In this document: piece after piece, positions 1 through 7,771 of the stretch
How positions within the stretch are numbered: the first letter of the stretch is position 1
Layout of the letters: the number at the start of each line of letters is the position of its first letter
Assembly: GCA_038153405.1 (NCBI GenBank)
Contig: JAYOYH010000013.1
Location: forward strand, 1-14,061
Direction of reading: 5' to 3'
DNA: 14,061 bases
From: Gemmatimonadota bacterium
GTDB lineage: Bacteria > Latescibacterota > UBA2968 > UBA8231
Made by a program: the position numbers and the translations under genes
Notes under the pieces: generated by a model
Told to the model about the DNA's origin: nothing
The model's database searches: none
The model's input: only the letters and a program-made list of their open reading frames with translations

Positions 1-2
1 AG

Positions 3-233
3 GCGCTGGTCGCGGCGCGCCAGTTGGCCGCCCAGGATGCGCGCGAAAAAGCCGAGCAACTGGCCGATCTACACGGGGCACAGCTGGGAGCTGTACTGGA
101 GATCGCCGAAGAGGGGGGCGGTGGCATGGCTCCACTCGTCAAGGTGATGGCCGCCGAAGCGCGCTCGGTGCCGATTCGCACCGGCACACAGCGTTTGGGC
201 ACGCGCCTGCGCGTCGTCTATCAGCTATTCTGA
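3..233 (+). CDS. SIMPL/DUF541 domain protein, C-terminal fragment (5' end outside window)
   Basis: The frame is open from position 3 (ALVAARQLAAQDAREKAEQLADLHGAQLGAVLEIAEE...PIRTGTQRLGTRLRVVYQLF). The pattern A..DA..KA..LA...G..LG.V..I.E...P...G......V.Y matches the SIMPL C-terminus. The TTG at 24 in the ORF track is internal. Confidence 0.85.
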   Translation, partial: ALVAARQLAAQDAREKAEQLADLHGAQLGAVLEIAEEGGGGMAPLVKVMAAEARSVPIRTGTQRLGTRLRVVYQLF

Positions 234-245
234 GGGAGAGAACCA

Positions 246-1322
246 ATGGAGCTGGACTATTTGCCGCAGCTGCCGGCCAAAATGGACTATCGCATTGGGC
301 TGTGCGGCGCTGGCGGCATTGTCAACGGCGCCCATCTGCCAGCCTATCGCAAGGCGGGATTTCGCGTCGAATGCATCTATGACGTCGATCGCGCGCGCGC
401 CGAAGAGACGGCTGCGCGCTTTGAAATACCGCGAGTCTGCAGCGCGCTGGAGGAAGTCGCCGACGGCTGCGATATCGTCGACGTCGCCGTGCCCGCTTGG
501 GAAAACGAGCGGGTGGTCGACGCGCTCGTCGACGCTGGGGTGGCCCTATTGGTGCAGAAGCCGTTGGCCGAAGATTGGGAGACGGCCGTGCGCATAGTGC
601 GGCGCATTCGCAGTGGAGCCCAACCGGCCGCGGTCAACCAGCAAATGCGCTGGGAGCCGGGCGTGCGCGCCTGCCGCCACTTGCTCGATTCAGGCGCGTT
701 GGGGGCGCTCTACGACGTGGCCTTCCACATCTACGTCGACACGCCGTGGAATATGTGGGGTTGGCTCAAAGAGAAAGAGACGATCGAGGTCCTCTACCAT
801 TCTATTCACTATCTCGACGCGATTCGCTACATCAGCAACAGCGAGCCCCTTTCGCTCTACAGTAGCGGTGCCCGGCGGCCCGGTTACGATGCGGCTGGCG
901 AGACGCGCACATGCACCCACCTCGTATTTGCCGGAGACCTGCGCGCCACGGTGCAGTGCAACCACCACGTCGAGTGGGGTCGCCCGGGCCAGCAGAGCGA
1001 GTTTCGCATTGACGCCACCGATGGCATGGCGGTGCGGCGCCTGGGTCTGCTGTTGGATTATCCAACCGGTGCGCCCGATGCGCTGCGCTATATTACCCGC
1101 GGCGATGAGGCGTGGCGCGAGGTAGAATTTGGAGAAACGTGGTTTCCCGATGCCTTTGTCGGCCCAATGAGTTCACTGATGCGCGCCCTCGATGGAGAGA
1201 TTGAACGGCCGGAAACAGACGTCGAGGACAATATGCACACGCTGCGCCTAGTCTTTGCCGCCTATGAGTCGATGCGCACGGGAAGGGCAGTCGATTTGGA
1301 AGACCAATGTTGGCAGCTATAG
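246..1322 (+). CDS. Gfo/Idh/MocA family NAD(P)-dependent oxidoreductase
   Basis: N-terminal Rossmann motif IGLCGAGGIV..AHLPAY, QKP (variant of EKP), NQQMRW and HSIHYLD. GGGAGAG RBS upstream, 12 nt after the SIMPL stop. Confidence 0.93.
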   Translation: MELDYLPQLPAKMDYRIGLCGAGGIVNGAHLPAYRKAGFRVECIYDVDRARAEETAARFEIPRVCSALEEVADGCDIVDVAVPAWENERVVDALVDAGVALLVQKPLAEDWETAVRIVRRIRSGAQPAAVNQQMRWEPGVRACRHLLDSGALGALYDVAFHIYVDTPWNMWGWLKEKETIEVLYHSIHYLDAIRYISNSEPLSLYSSGARRPGYDAAGETRTCTHLVFAGDLRATVQCNHHVEWGRPGQQSEFRIDATDGMAVRRLGLLLDYPTGAPDALRYITRGDEAWREVEFGETWFPDAFVGPMSSLMRALDGEIERPETDVEDNMHTLRLVFAAYESMRTGRAVDLEDQCWQL

Positions 1323-1369
1323 TTGGCCTCCGCTGCGGTGCGGGGTCTTAAGAGAGCGAGGGAAGGGAT

Positions 1370-2113
1370 ATGAACGACAACGAGAAATACCTATTCGATT
1401 TGCAGGGCTATATCGCGGTGCCCAATGCGCTCAGTGCGGAACAACTGCAGACGCTCAATGCCATTTGGGACGAGCATATCGAAAGCGAATGCGAGGGCGA
1501 AGAGACATCGCATCGCTTTGGCGGTTTGCTCGCTTGGGGCAAGCCCTACCGCGACCTGCTAGACAATGCTGCGATCGTGCCCTATTTGGATGTCATTGTG
1601 GGCGAGAAATTTCGTCTTGACCACGTCTACGCCGACCTGATTCGCAGCGGCAATAGTCCGATTGGTGCCAGCCTGCACGGCGGGGGGGCGCCGTTTGATC
1701 CATCGCAGTACTACCACTTTCACGGCGGCCAGATGTATAATGGACTCACCGTAGTGGCCTACAACTTGGCCGATGTAGGCCCCGAAGACGGCGGTTTCGG
1801 CTGCGTGCCCGGTTCGCACAAGAGCAATTATCGATTCCCAGGTGAGTGGCGCGATATGGCAGTGGAACTACAACCCTGCGTGCGGCGGGTGACGGGGCCG
1901 GCGGGAACGGCTGTTATTTTCACCGAGGCACTGACGCACGGCGCACTGCCTTGGACGGGCCGCGGCCAGCGCCGCACGGTATTTTTCAAATACAGCCCGC
2001 ATCCCATATCGTGGTCGGCGCGCTATTTTGACGAGGAAGAGTACGAGGAGTTGAGCGAGCGCCAGCGCGCTATATTAGAGCCGCCTAACGCGCGCTATGC
2101 GCGCAGGCGATAA
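1370..2113 (+). CDS. PhyH (phytanoyl-CoA dioxygenase)-family Fe(II)/2-oxoglutarate oxygenase, LHGG subtype
   Basis: N-terminal F...GY motif, GGFGCVPGSHK, AGTAVIF, distal His190 (LTHG) and Arg201 for 2OG. Proximal His103 lies in LHGGG. Purine-rich RBS (GAGGGAAGGGA) upstream. Confidence 0.9.
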   Translation: MNDNEKYLFDLQGYIAVPNALSAEQLQTLNAIWDEHIESECEGEETSHRFGGLLAWGKPYRDLLDNAAIVPYLDVIVGEKFRLDHVYADLIRSGNSPIGASLHGGGAPFDPSQYYHFHGGQMYNGLTVVAYNLADVGPEDGGFGCVPGSHKSNYRFPGEWRDMAVELQPCVRRVTGPAGTAVIFTEALTHGALPWTGRGQRRTVFFKYSPHPISWSARYFDEEEYEELSERQRAILEPPNARYARRR

Positions 2114-2158
2114 ATACAATCGCCCCGCTTCCCGGGTGGGGAGGCGGGGCGATTGTAT
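2114..2158. terminator. 20-bp hairpin between convergent genes, probable bidirectional terminator
   Basis: ATACAATCGCCCCGCTTCCC (2114-2133), loop GGGTG, GGGAGGCGGGGCGATTGTAT (2139-2158): 19 Watson-Crick pairs plus one G-U. It lies between the PhyH stop (2113) and the HTH stop (2175). There is no long U tract. Confidence 0.75.
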
Positions 2159-2174
2159 CGTGAACGCGTGTCGC

Positions 2175-2363
2175 TTAGAAGTACTCGACGATGTCGGTGG
2201 GAAGGCAGTCGAGGTCGCGACAAATATTTGAAAGGGTATAGGGATCCATACCCTCCGCGCCCTGATCAAGAGTCTTCTTAATGTGTTGATATGTCGTCAA
2301 GTTAATCTTGGGTTTACGATCCTCTAGTATTTGTTCTATGTCTTTCCTCTTAAAGCGTATCAT
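2175..2363 (-). CDS. Small Cro/C1-type (HTH_26/YozG-like) DNA-binding protein, 62 aa
   Basis: The C-terminus TLSNICRDLDCLPTDIVEY matches the TL..IC..L.C.P.DI.EY tail of Cro/C1 HTH_26 proteins. GAGGA RBS 8 nt upstream of the ATG, and a dedicated promoter upstream. Confidence 0.8.
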   Translation of the reverse strand: MIRFKRKDIEQILEDRKPKINLTTYQHIKKTLDQGAEGMDPYTLSNICRDLDCLPTDIVEYF

Positions 2364-2435
2364 CTATTGCGTCCTCGCCGCGTATAGTCGGGATATTCTG
2401 CTCAGGTGGGGCGCTGGCCACGTCGCGCGTTAGAG

Positions 2436-2464
2436 ATTATAACATAGAGCTAGGTGTTAGTCAA
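2436..2464 (-). promoter_or_regulatory. Near-consensus sigma70 promoter with extended -10, driving the small HTH gene
   Basis: The minus strand reads TTGACT (2464-2459), a 17-nt spacer ending in TGT, then TATAAT (2441-2436). The predicted TSS is near 2429, about 65 nt upstream of the ATG at 2363. Confidence 0.8.
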
Positions 2465-2482
2465 AAAAGGTACCGATAGCCC

Positions 2483-3235
2483 ATGCGGATCTTTGCCATA
2501 TCCGATCTTCACGTCGACTACAGCGCCAATTGGCAATGGGTTGAAAATCTCTCTCGGTATGATTATCAAACCGATGTCCTCTTAGTTGCCGGCGATATTA
2601 GCCATGCGTTGGAGAAGTTGGAACGGGCGTTGGACGCGCTGCGCCAGCGCTTTGGGCGCGTGTTTTTCGTGCCGGGTAATCACGATGTATGGGTGCGCGG
2701 GCAGGCGGTAGATTCGCTGGAAAAATTAGCTGCCGTCTGCGCCACCTGCAGCGCGTGCGGCGTCGATACTGCCATGGCTGAGTTGGGCGGAGTGCGCATA
2801 GCGCCGCTGCTGTCGTGGTATAGCGTCGACTTTGATCCGCGCATTCGCAAGGCCGAGGAGGGGGCTCTGAGCGCGTGGGGCGACTTTCGCTATTGCCGCT
2901 GGCCGGACGGCGTCGAGCCGCTCGACCGCCATTTCTGCGCGTTCAACGAGGTGGTGCCGTGCGGTGCCATGGCGACGGTCAGCTTTTCCCATTTTCTGCC
3001 GCGCTGGGAACTGCTGCCCACGCAGGCCTATCTGCGCTTCAAGGGCTTGCCGTTGGTGGCCGGGAGTGCGCTGATCGAGGGCCAGGTGCGTGCGCTGGGG
3101 TCCTCTGTCCACGTATTTGGCCACAGCCATATTCCATGCGATATAGAACTCGAGGGGGTGCGCTATGTGCAGCAACCCCTGGCCTATCCCCGGGAGCGGC
3201 GCGGACGCACGGTGCACTTAAAGCAGGTGTTATGA
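2483..3235 (+). CDS. Calcineurin-like metallophosphoesterase (resembles the PptH-like subfamily)
   Basis: All five metal motifs are present: ISDLH, VAGD, PGNHD, FSHF and FGHSH. Confidence 0.92.
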   Translation: MRIFAISDLHVDYSANWQWVENLSRYDYQTDVLLVAGDISHALEKLERALDALRQRFGRVFFVPGNHDVWVRGQAVDSLEKLAAVCATCSACGVDTAMAELGGVRIAPLLSWYSVDFDPRIRKAEEGALSAWGDFRYCRWPDGVEPLDRHFCAFNEVVPCGAMATVSFSHFLPRWELLPTQAYLRFKGLPLVAGSALIEGQVRALGSSVHVFGHSHIPCDIELEGVRYVQQPLAYPRERRGRTVHLKQVL

Positions 3236-3244
3236 GAGCGCTAC

Positions 3245-4492
3245 CTATTCGTAGCGCAGGGCATCGATGGGGTTGAGCATGGCTGCCTGGCGCGCCGGAT
3301 AGATGCCAAAGCCAATGCCGACGGCGGCGGAAACGCCAAAGGCCAGCCCAATGGTCCAAGGCTGGACGATGGTGCGCCAGCCGGCGTAGAGCGTGATGAT
3401 TTCGGGAATGGCGTAACCGAGTATAATGCCGATCGTGCCGCCGAGCAGGCTGACCATCAGCGACTCGACGAGGAACTGCGAGAGAATGTCTTTGCGCCGG
3501 GCGCCAAGGGCGCGGCGGATGCCGATTTCTCGCGTGCGCTCCAATACGGAGGCCAGCATGATATTCATGATGCCAATCCCGCCGACGAGTAGGGAAATGC
3601 CGGCTATACAGCCCATGACGACGTTGAAGATTTGCTGTGTTTTTTGGCTCTGGCGCATGAGCTCTTCGGGGATGGCGATTTTAAAGTCTTCGACGCCGCG
3701 GTGGCGCCGGTGGATGATGGAGCGTATGACGGTAGAGGCATCGGAAAGGTTTTCGGAGTCGGCGACTTTTACCGTAATCTGCGTCAGTTCGGCCTCATCG
3801 CCGGCAAACTGAAAGCGGCGTAGAACGGTCGTCAGCGGCACGTAGATGTCTTCGTCGGTATTGCGTACTTCGAGCACGCCGCCGATCTTGCCGCCGGCCG
3901 CGCCCTTGTCTTCGAGGACGCCGATAACGGTAAACCACTGGTCGCGAATTTTGATGCGCTTGCCGATGGGATCCTGAAAAAAGAACAGGGCGCGCTTGGC
4001 GTCGCTGCCCAATACGCAGACGCGGCGCGTTTCGTCTAGATCTTCCTCATTGAAGAATACACCGCTGCCCATGCGGGCGTTGAGCACCGTTAGGTAGGCC
4101 GGCGTCGTGCCGACGATCATCGTGTTAAAGGTATTGCTGCCGGCTAGCGCCTTGCTCTTAAACTCGCGCTGCGGCGTGACGAATTCGGCCAGTGGGCAGA
4201 TGCGCTCAATCGCGTCGGCGTCTTCGCGGGTTAGCCCTTGGGAGAGGTTGCGGTCGCTGTTGACTGCATCCTCCATCCCCTCTTCGCTCTTGTCCCAGTG
4301 TTGGACGATAATATTGCTGATGCCCATCTGGCGAATTTGTTCGAGCGACTCCTGTTTGGCCCCTTCGCCAATGGATAGCATGGCAATGACGGCGGCCACG
4401 CCAAAAATAATGCCGAGCATGGTCAGCAGCGTGCGCAGCTTGTGCGAGGTCAGACCGACTACGCTCAGGGCTGCCGTCTCGCGCAGGTTCAT
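3245..4492 (-). CDS. MacB/FtsX-family ABC transporter permease (TM1, periplasmic domain, three C-terminal TMs)
   Basis: N-terminal HKLRTLLTMLGIIFGVAAVIAMLSIGEG. C-terminal IAGISLLVGGIGIMNIMLASVLERTREIGIRRALGA...GIYPARQAAMLNPIDALRYE. AGGAG RBS within the end of the upstream gene. Confidence 0.96.
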   Translation of the reverse strand: MNLRETAALSVVGLTSHKLRTLLTMLGIIFGVAAVIAMLSIGEGAKQESLEQIRQMGISNIIVQHWDKSEEGMEDAVNSDRNLSQGLTREDADAIERICPLAEFVTPQREFKSKALAGSNTFNTMIVGTTPAYLTVLNARMGSGVFFNEEDLDETRRVCVLGSDAKRALFFFQDPIGKRIKIRDQWFTVIGVLEDKGAAGGKIGGVLEVRNTDEDIYVPLTTVLRRFQFAGDEAELTQITVKVADSENLSDASTVIRSIIHRRHRGVEDFKIAIPEELMRQSQKTQQIFNVVMGCIAGISLLVGGIGIMNIMLASVLERTREIGIRRALGARRKDILSQFLVESLMVSLLGGTIGIILGYAIPEIITLYAGWRTIVQPWTIGLAFGVSAAVGIGFGIYPARQAAMLNPIDALRYE

Positions 4493-4495
4493 GTG

Positions 4496-5866
4496 CTAGG
4501 GCTCCTGAGGCTTATTGCCGCCGTCGCCGGCAGTGCCGCTTATATCATCGCTGGCTAGGGAGGGATCGTATAGAGCGACGCGGTCGTCGGGCGAGAGGCC
4601 GTTTTCTATGACCACGTAGTTGTCGTTGCGCTTGCCCAGCGCCACTTCGGTCTCTTGAGTCTGTCCGTCGACTAAACGATAGACGACGGTGCGGCCGTTT
4701 TTCTCGAAAATTGCATCAAGGGGAATATAGAGCGGCAGCGGAGCTGAGGAGGCGATGACCTCGTCGCTGGGCGGGGGCTGGATGGAGTCGGTCCTAGTCT
4801 GCGGGCGCGGGGGAATGGTCTCAATGATCACTTCGCTGGTCGCGGTCATGCCCGGTTTTAGGCGCTCGTCTTGCTCGGTAATTTCAATGGTGATATCGAA
4901 GACTTTGACGTTTCTCTCGCCCTCTTTTTCGCGCCCGAGAGTGGCAATATTTGAAACCTTACCGGTGAATGTCGGTCCGGGCAAGGCGTTGAGTTTAATG
5001 GTGGCGTTTTGTCCGATAGTTAGCTTGTCGACATCGACCTCATTGGCATAGGTCTTGACCTGCATGCGCGATAAGTCGGGCAGGGATATGATATTGACGC
5101 CGCCCCATATAGCGTCGCCGACGCGAATTTTCTCGGAGCGGCCGCCTTTCCAAACTTTGTCGTAGACGACTAGTCCGGGTTTCTCTGCATTGATCGTTAT
5201 TTCGCTCAATTCCTTTTTTGTTCGCTCTAGATCGCGCTGCTGGCGTTCGATGTTGAGTTCTCGCTTCTTTATTTCTGCCGCGTTGACAATTTTCTGCGAC
5301 TGCATTTTTTCCACTGCCTGCTGGTAGCTGAGCTTGGCTTTGCGCGCTTCTATTTGCGCGCGCTCTTTCTCCACCGTCGCCTCAAAGGCCATGCGCTCGA
5401 CCTGTAATTCGGCTAGGCGCAAGTTGGCCTCTTCGTTTTCGATGGCCGCCTCTAAGCCGGAGACTTCCGCCTTCTGCGTGGCCTGTGTCTTAACCAACTC
5501 GGCGCGGGCCTGTTCCAACTGCTGTTCGTCATCGGCCAGACGCTTCTGGAACTCGCTCGGCTCGAATTGTACCAGCAAATCGCCCACGTCGACCGTTTCT
5601 CCCTCGGGAAAGAGGTGCGTTATTTTGAGCTCGCCGCGCACGCGTGGGGCGACGATGTTTTCTGCCTCGACGGCCTCTAATTCGCCGCTTTTCAGGTTGA
5701 GCGAGATGACGAATTCGCCCTGTTCTACCGGATAGGTCACCAGGTCTTTATCGACTAGGTCTTGCGGGCTCAAAGCCCAATAGGCCAGCGCGGCAAGAAG
5801 GGGGAGAACGAGGGGAAGCCAGCGTTTGGCTAGGCTTTTCTTCTGTGGCTGCTCTTCTGCGGGCAC
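4496..5866 (-). CDS. Periplasmic adaptor (membrane fusion protein, MacA/HlyD-like) with N-terminal TM anchor
   Basis: Hydrophobic segment WLPLVLPLLAALAYWAL, lipoyl half PEGETVDVGDLLVQF, long alpha-hairpin, barrel motifs NEVDVDKL..GQ and LKPGMTA. GTG start with AAAGGA RBS. Confidence 0.92.
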   Translation of the reverse strand: MPAEEQPQKKSLAKRWLPLVLPLLAALAYWALSPQDLVDKDLVTYPVEQGEFVISLNLKSGELEAVEAENIVAPRVRGELKITHLFPEGETVDVGDLLVQFEPSEFQKRLADDEQQLEQARAELVKTQATQKAEVSGLEAAIENEEANLRLAELQVERMAFEATVEKERAQIEARKAKLSYQQAVEKMQSQKIVNAAEIKKRELNIERQQRDLERTKKELSEITINAEKPGLVVYDKVWKGGRSEKIRVGDAIWGGVNIISLPDLSRMQVKTYANEVDVDKLTIGQNATIKLNALPGPTFTGKVSNIATLGREKEGERNVKVFDITIEITEQDERLKPGMTATSEVIIETIPPRPQTRTDSIQPPPSDEVIASSAPLPLYIPLDAIFEKNGRTVVYRLVDGQTQETEVALGKRNDNYVVIENGLSPDDRVALYDPSLASDDISGTAGDGGNKPQEP

Positions 5867-5897
5867 GGTGAAACAGTCCTTTCGCGATGCGCGGATA

Positions 5898-7073
5898 TTA
5901 GTGCGGCGGAGCGAGCGAAATGCGATCGCCTTCGCGCAGGCCGCTTTCTATCACTACGTTGCTGCTGTTGCGCGAACCCAGCGCGACTTCGACCCGCTCC
6001 ATCGCACGGCCATTGAGGCGGTAAACATACCGCTGCTCGTCTTGGTATACTACTGCAGCCAGCGGCACCCAAAGCACCTCGTCGTAGTGCTCAATCACCA
6101 CGGCGACCTCGGCCGACATGCCGGGTTTTAGGCGGTTGTCTTCTTCGTCGATGTTGACGGACATCTCAAAAACGCGTATGTCGTACGCGTCGGGCTGCGG
6201 CGTAGCCATCTGAGCGATCTGGGATACCTGACCGTGAAAGACGGGGCCCTGAAAGGCCTCGAGGCGAATGGAGGCGTTCTGGCCAACGGCTAGGCGCTTT
6301 ACATCCATCTCGCCGACCAGGCAGCGCACCTGCATTTTGGATAGGTCAGGTAGGTCGATTAGCGCGTGACCGCCCCAGATATTGTCGCCAACGGAGACCT
6401 TCGACTCGCCACCTGATTTGCGAATCTTGCGATAGACGACGATGCCCGGTTTAGTCGCATAGACGCGCGTGCGCTCGTAGCTGTCGCGCGCCCGATCGTA
6501 GCGCTCCTGCCGGCGGGAAATATTGATCTGGTGACTCTGGAAATCGACGCGGTTGATGACCTCCTGTGCAATCGAATCTTCGCGCGCTTCGCTTAGGGTG
6601 CGCTTGGCCTTTTCCATGTCGATTTGGGCCTCCTCCTGGTCGATGGGGGAGGCGAAGCGTTGGCGCTCCATATTGAGCTCAGCCAGGCGCAGTGCCGCTT
6701 CCAGTTGCTCGATTTTGCGCTTGAGGTCGGCCAAGCGCTGGTTGCGCTGTGCCTTGGCCTTTTCAAAATCGGCCTGAGCCTCTATGAGCTGGCCTTCGCG
6801 ATTGCTCATATCGTCGACGAATTCGGCCGGGTCAAAGCGTATGATGAGGTCGCCGACGTCGACTTGACTACCCTCCGGCGCTATATCGGTAATTTTGAGG
6901 CGGCCGCCAATGCGCGGCGATGAAATGACTTCGCCCTCGGCCGCCTGCACCTCGCCGCCCTCAAAGTGGGTGACGGCGAATGGGCCGCGCTCGACGGTAT
7001 GCAGCGGCACATCGCTTGGCGCGCCGCTGCAGGCGCCGATACAAAGGGCGCAAAGGAGCGGGATGGCTCTCAT
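5898..7073 (-). CDS. Second periplasmic adaptor (MacA/HlyD-like), predicted lipoprotein
   Basis: Signal peptide with lipobox-like IGAC (Cys15). Motifs [32 protein letters not shown] and SGLREGD. ATGA overlap with the ATPase stop. Confidence 0.92.
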   Translation of the reverse strand: MRAIPLLCALCIGACSGAPSDVPLHTVERGPFAVTHFEGGEVQAAEGEVISSPRIGGRLKITDIAPEGSQVDVGDLIIRFDPAEFVDDMSNREGQLIEAQADFEKAKAQRNQRLADLKRKIEQLEAALRLAELNMERQRFASPIDQEEAQIDMEKAKRTLSEAREDSIAQEVINRVDFQSHQINISRRQERYDRARDSYERTRVYATKPGIVVYRKIRKSGGESKVSVGDNIWGGHALIDLPDLSKMQVRCLVGEMDVKRLAVGQNASIRLEAFQGPVFHGQVSQIAQMATPQPDAYDIRVFEMSVNIDEEDNRLKPGMSAEVAVVIEHYDEVLWVPLAAVVYQDEQRYVYRLNGRAMERVEVALGSRNSSNVVIESGLREGDRISLAPPH

Positions 7074-7771
7074 GCGCGCTGCTCCGATACCACCGGTTCG
7101 TCGCGTTCTACGACGCCGTCGCGAAAGCGCACAATGCGATGGCTATAGCGGGCAATTTCCTCTTCGTGCGTCACTAAAATAATGGTGTTGCCCTGCGCGT
7201 GCAGGTGGCGAAACAGCTCCATGATTTCCTCGCCGGTTCGCGTGTCGAGGGCGCCGGTGGGTTCGTCGGCTAAAATAATCGCCGGATCGTTGACTAGGGC
7301 ACGGGCGATGGCCACGCGTTGGCGCTGACCGCCGGATAGTTCGTTAGGGCGGTGGTGCATGCGATCGGCTAGGCCGACGGCATCAAGGGCATGCTGTGCC
7401 CTCTGGCGGCGCTCCGCCGGTGAAACGCTGCTGTAGACCAGCGGCAGCTCGACGTTGCCGAGCGCATCGGAACGCGGCAGTAGGTTAAAAGTCTGGAAGA
7501 CGAATCCTATTTCTCGGTTGCGTATATGGGCCAACGCATCGTCGTCCATCTCGCTGACCTGCTGTCCGTTGAGCTCGTAGCTGCCAGCGGTAGAAACGTC
7601 GAGGCAGCCTATGATGTTGAGCAGCGTAGATTTGCCCGAGCCGGATGGGCCCATGATGGCGACGTACTCGTTGACTGCGATGTCGAGCGAGAGACCGCGC
7701 AGTGCATGCACTTGGGTCGCGCCCATATCGTAGGTCTTGGTTAGCTCGCGGATTTTGATAACGGATGGCAT
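7070..7771 (-). CDS. MacB/LolD-family ABC transporter ATP-binding protein
   Basis: Walker [24 protein letters not shown], signature [15 protein letters not shown], Walker [13 protein letters not shown] and H-loop VTHE. Confidence 0.97.
   Translation of the reverse strand: MPSVIKIRELTKTYDMGATQVHALRGLSLDIAVNEYVAIMGPSGSGKSTLLNIIGCLDVSTAGSYELNGQQVSEMDDDALAHIRNREIGFVFQTFNLLPRSDALGNVELPLVYSSVSPAERRQRAQHALDAVGLADRMHHRPNELSGGQRQRVAIARALVNDPAIILADEPTGALDTRTGEEIMELFRHLHAQGNTIILVTHEEEIARYSHRIVRFRDGVVERDEPVVSEQRA

Noticed and set aside
390..400. Alternating CG run (possible Z-DNA)
   Set aside because: It encodes Arg-Ala-Arg-Ala and is unremarkable at this GC content.
1682..1688. G7 homopolymer at the HGGG motif as a phase-variation site or a sequencing error hiding an Asp
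   Set aside because: The frame is intact on both sides and the run is explained by Gly codons. It is short for a contingency tract.
2233..2254. Inverted repeat AGGGTAT-N8-ATACCCT inside the HTH gene
   Set aside because: The arms are only 7 bp, it lies in coding sequence, and there is no copy in the promoter region to suggest an operator.
2175..3235. HTH plus phosphoesterase as a toxin-antitoxin, defence or mobile cassette
   Set aside because: No integrase, flanking repeats or toxin motifs. The phosphoesterase looks compositionally like its neighbours, and the genes are divergent rather than operonic.
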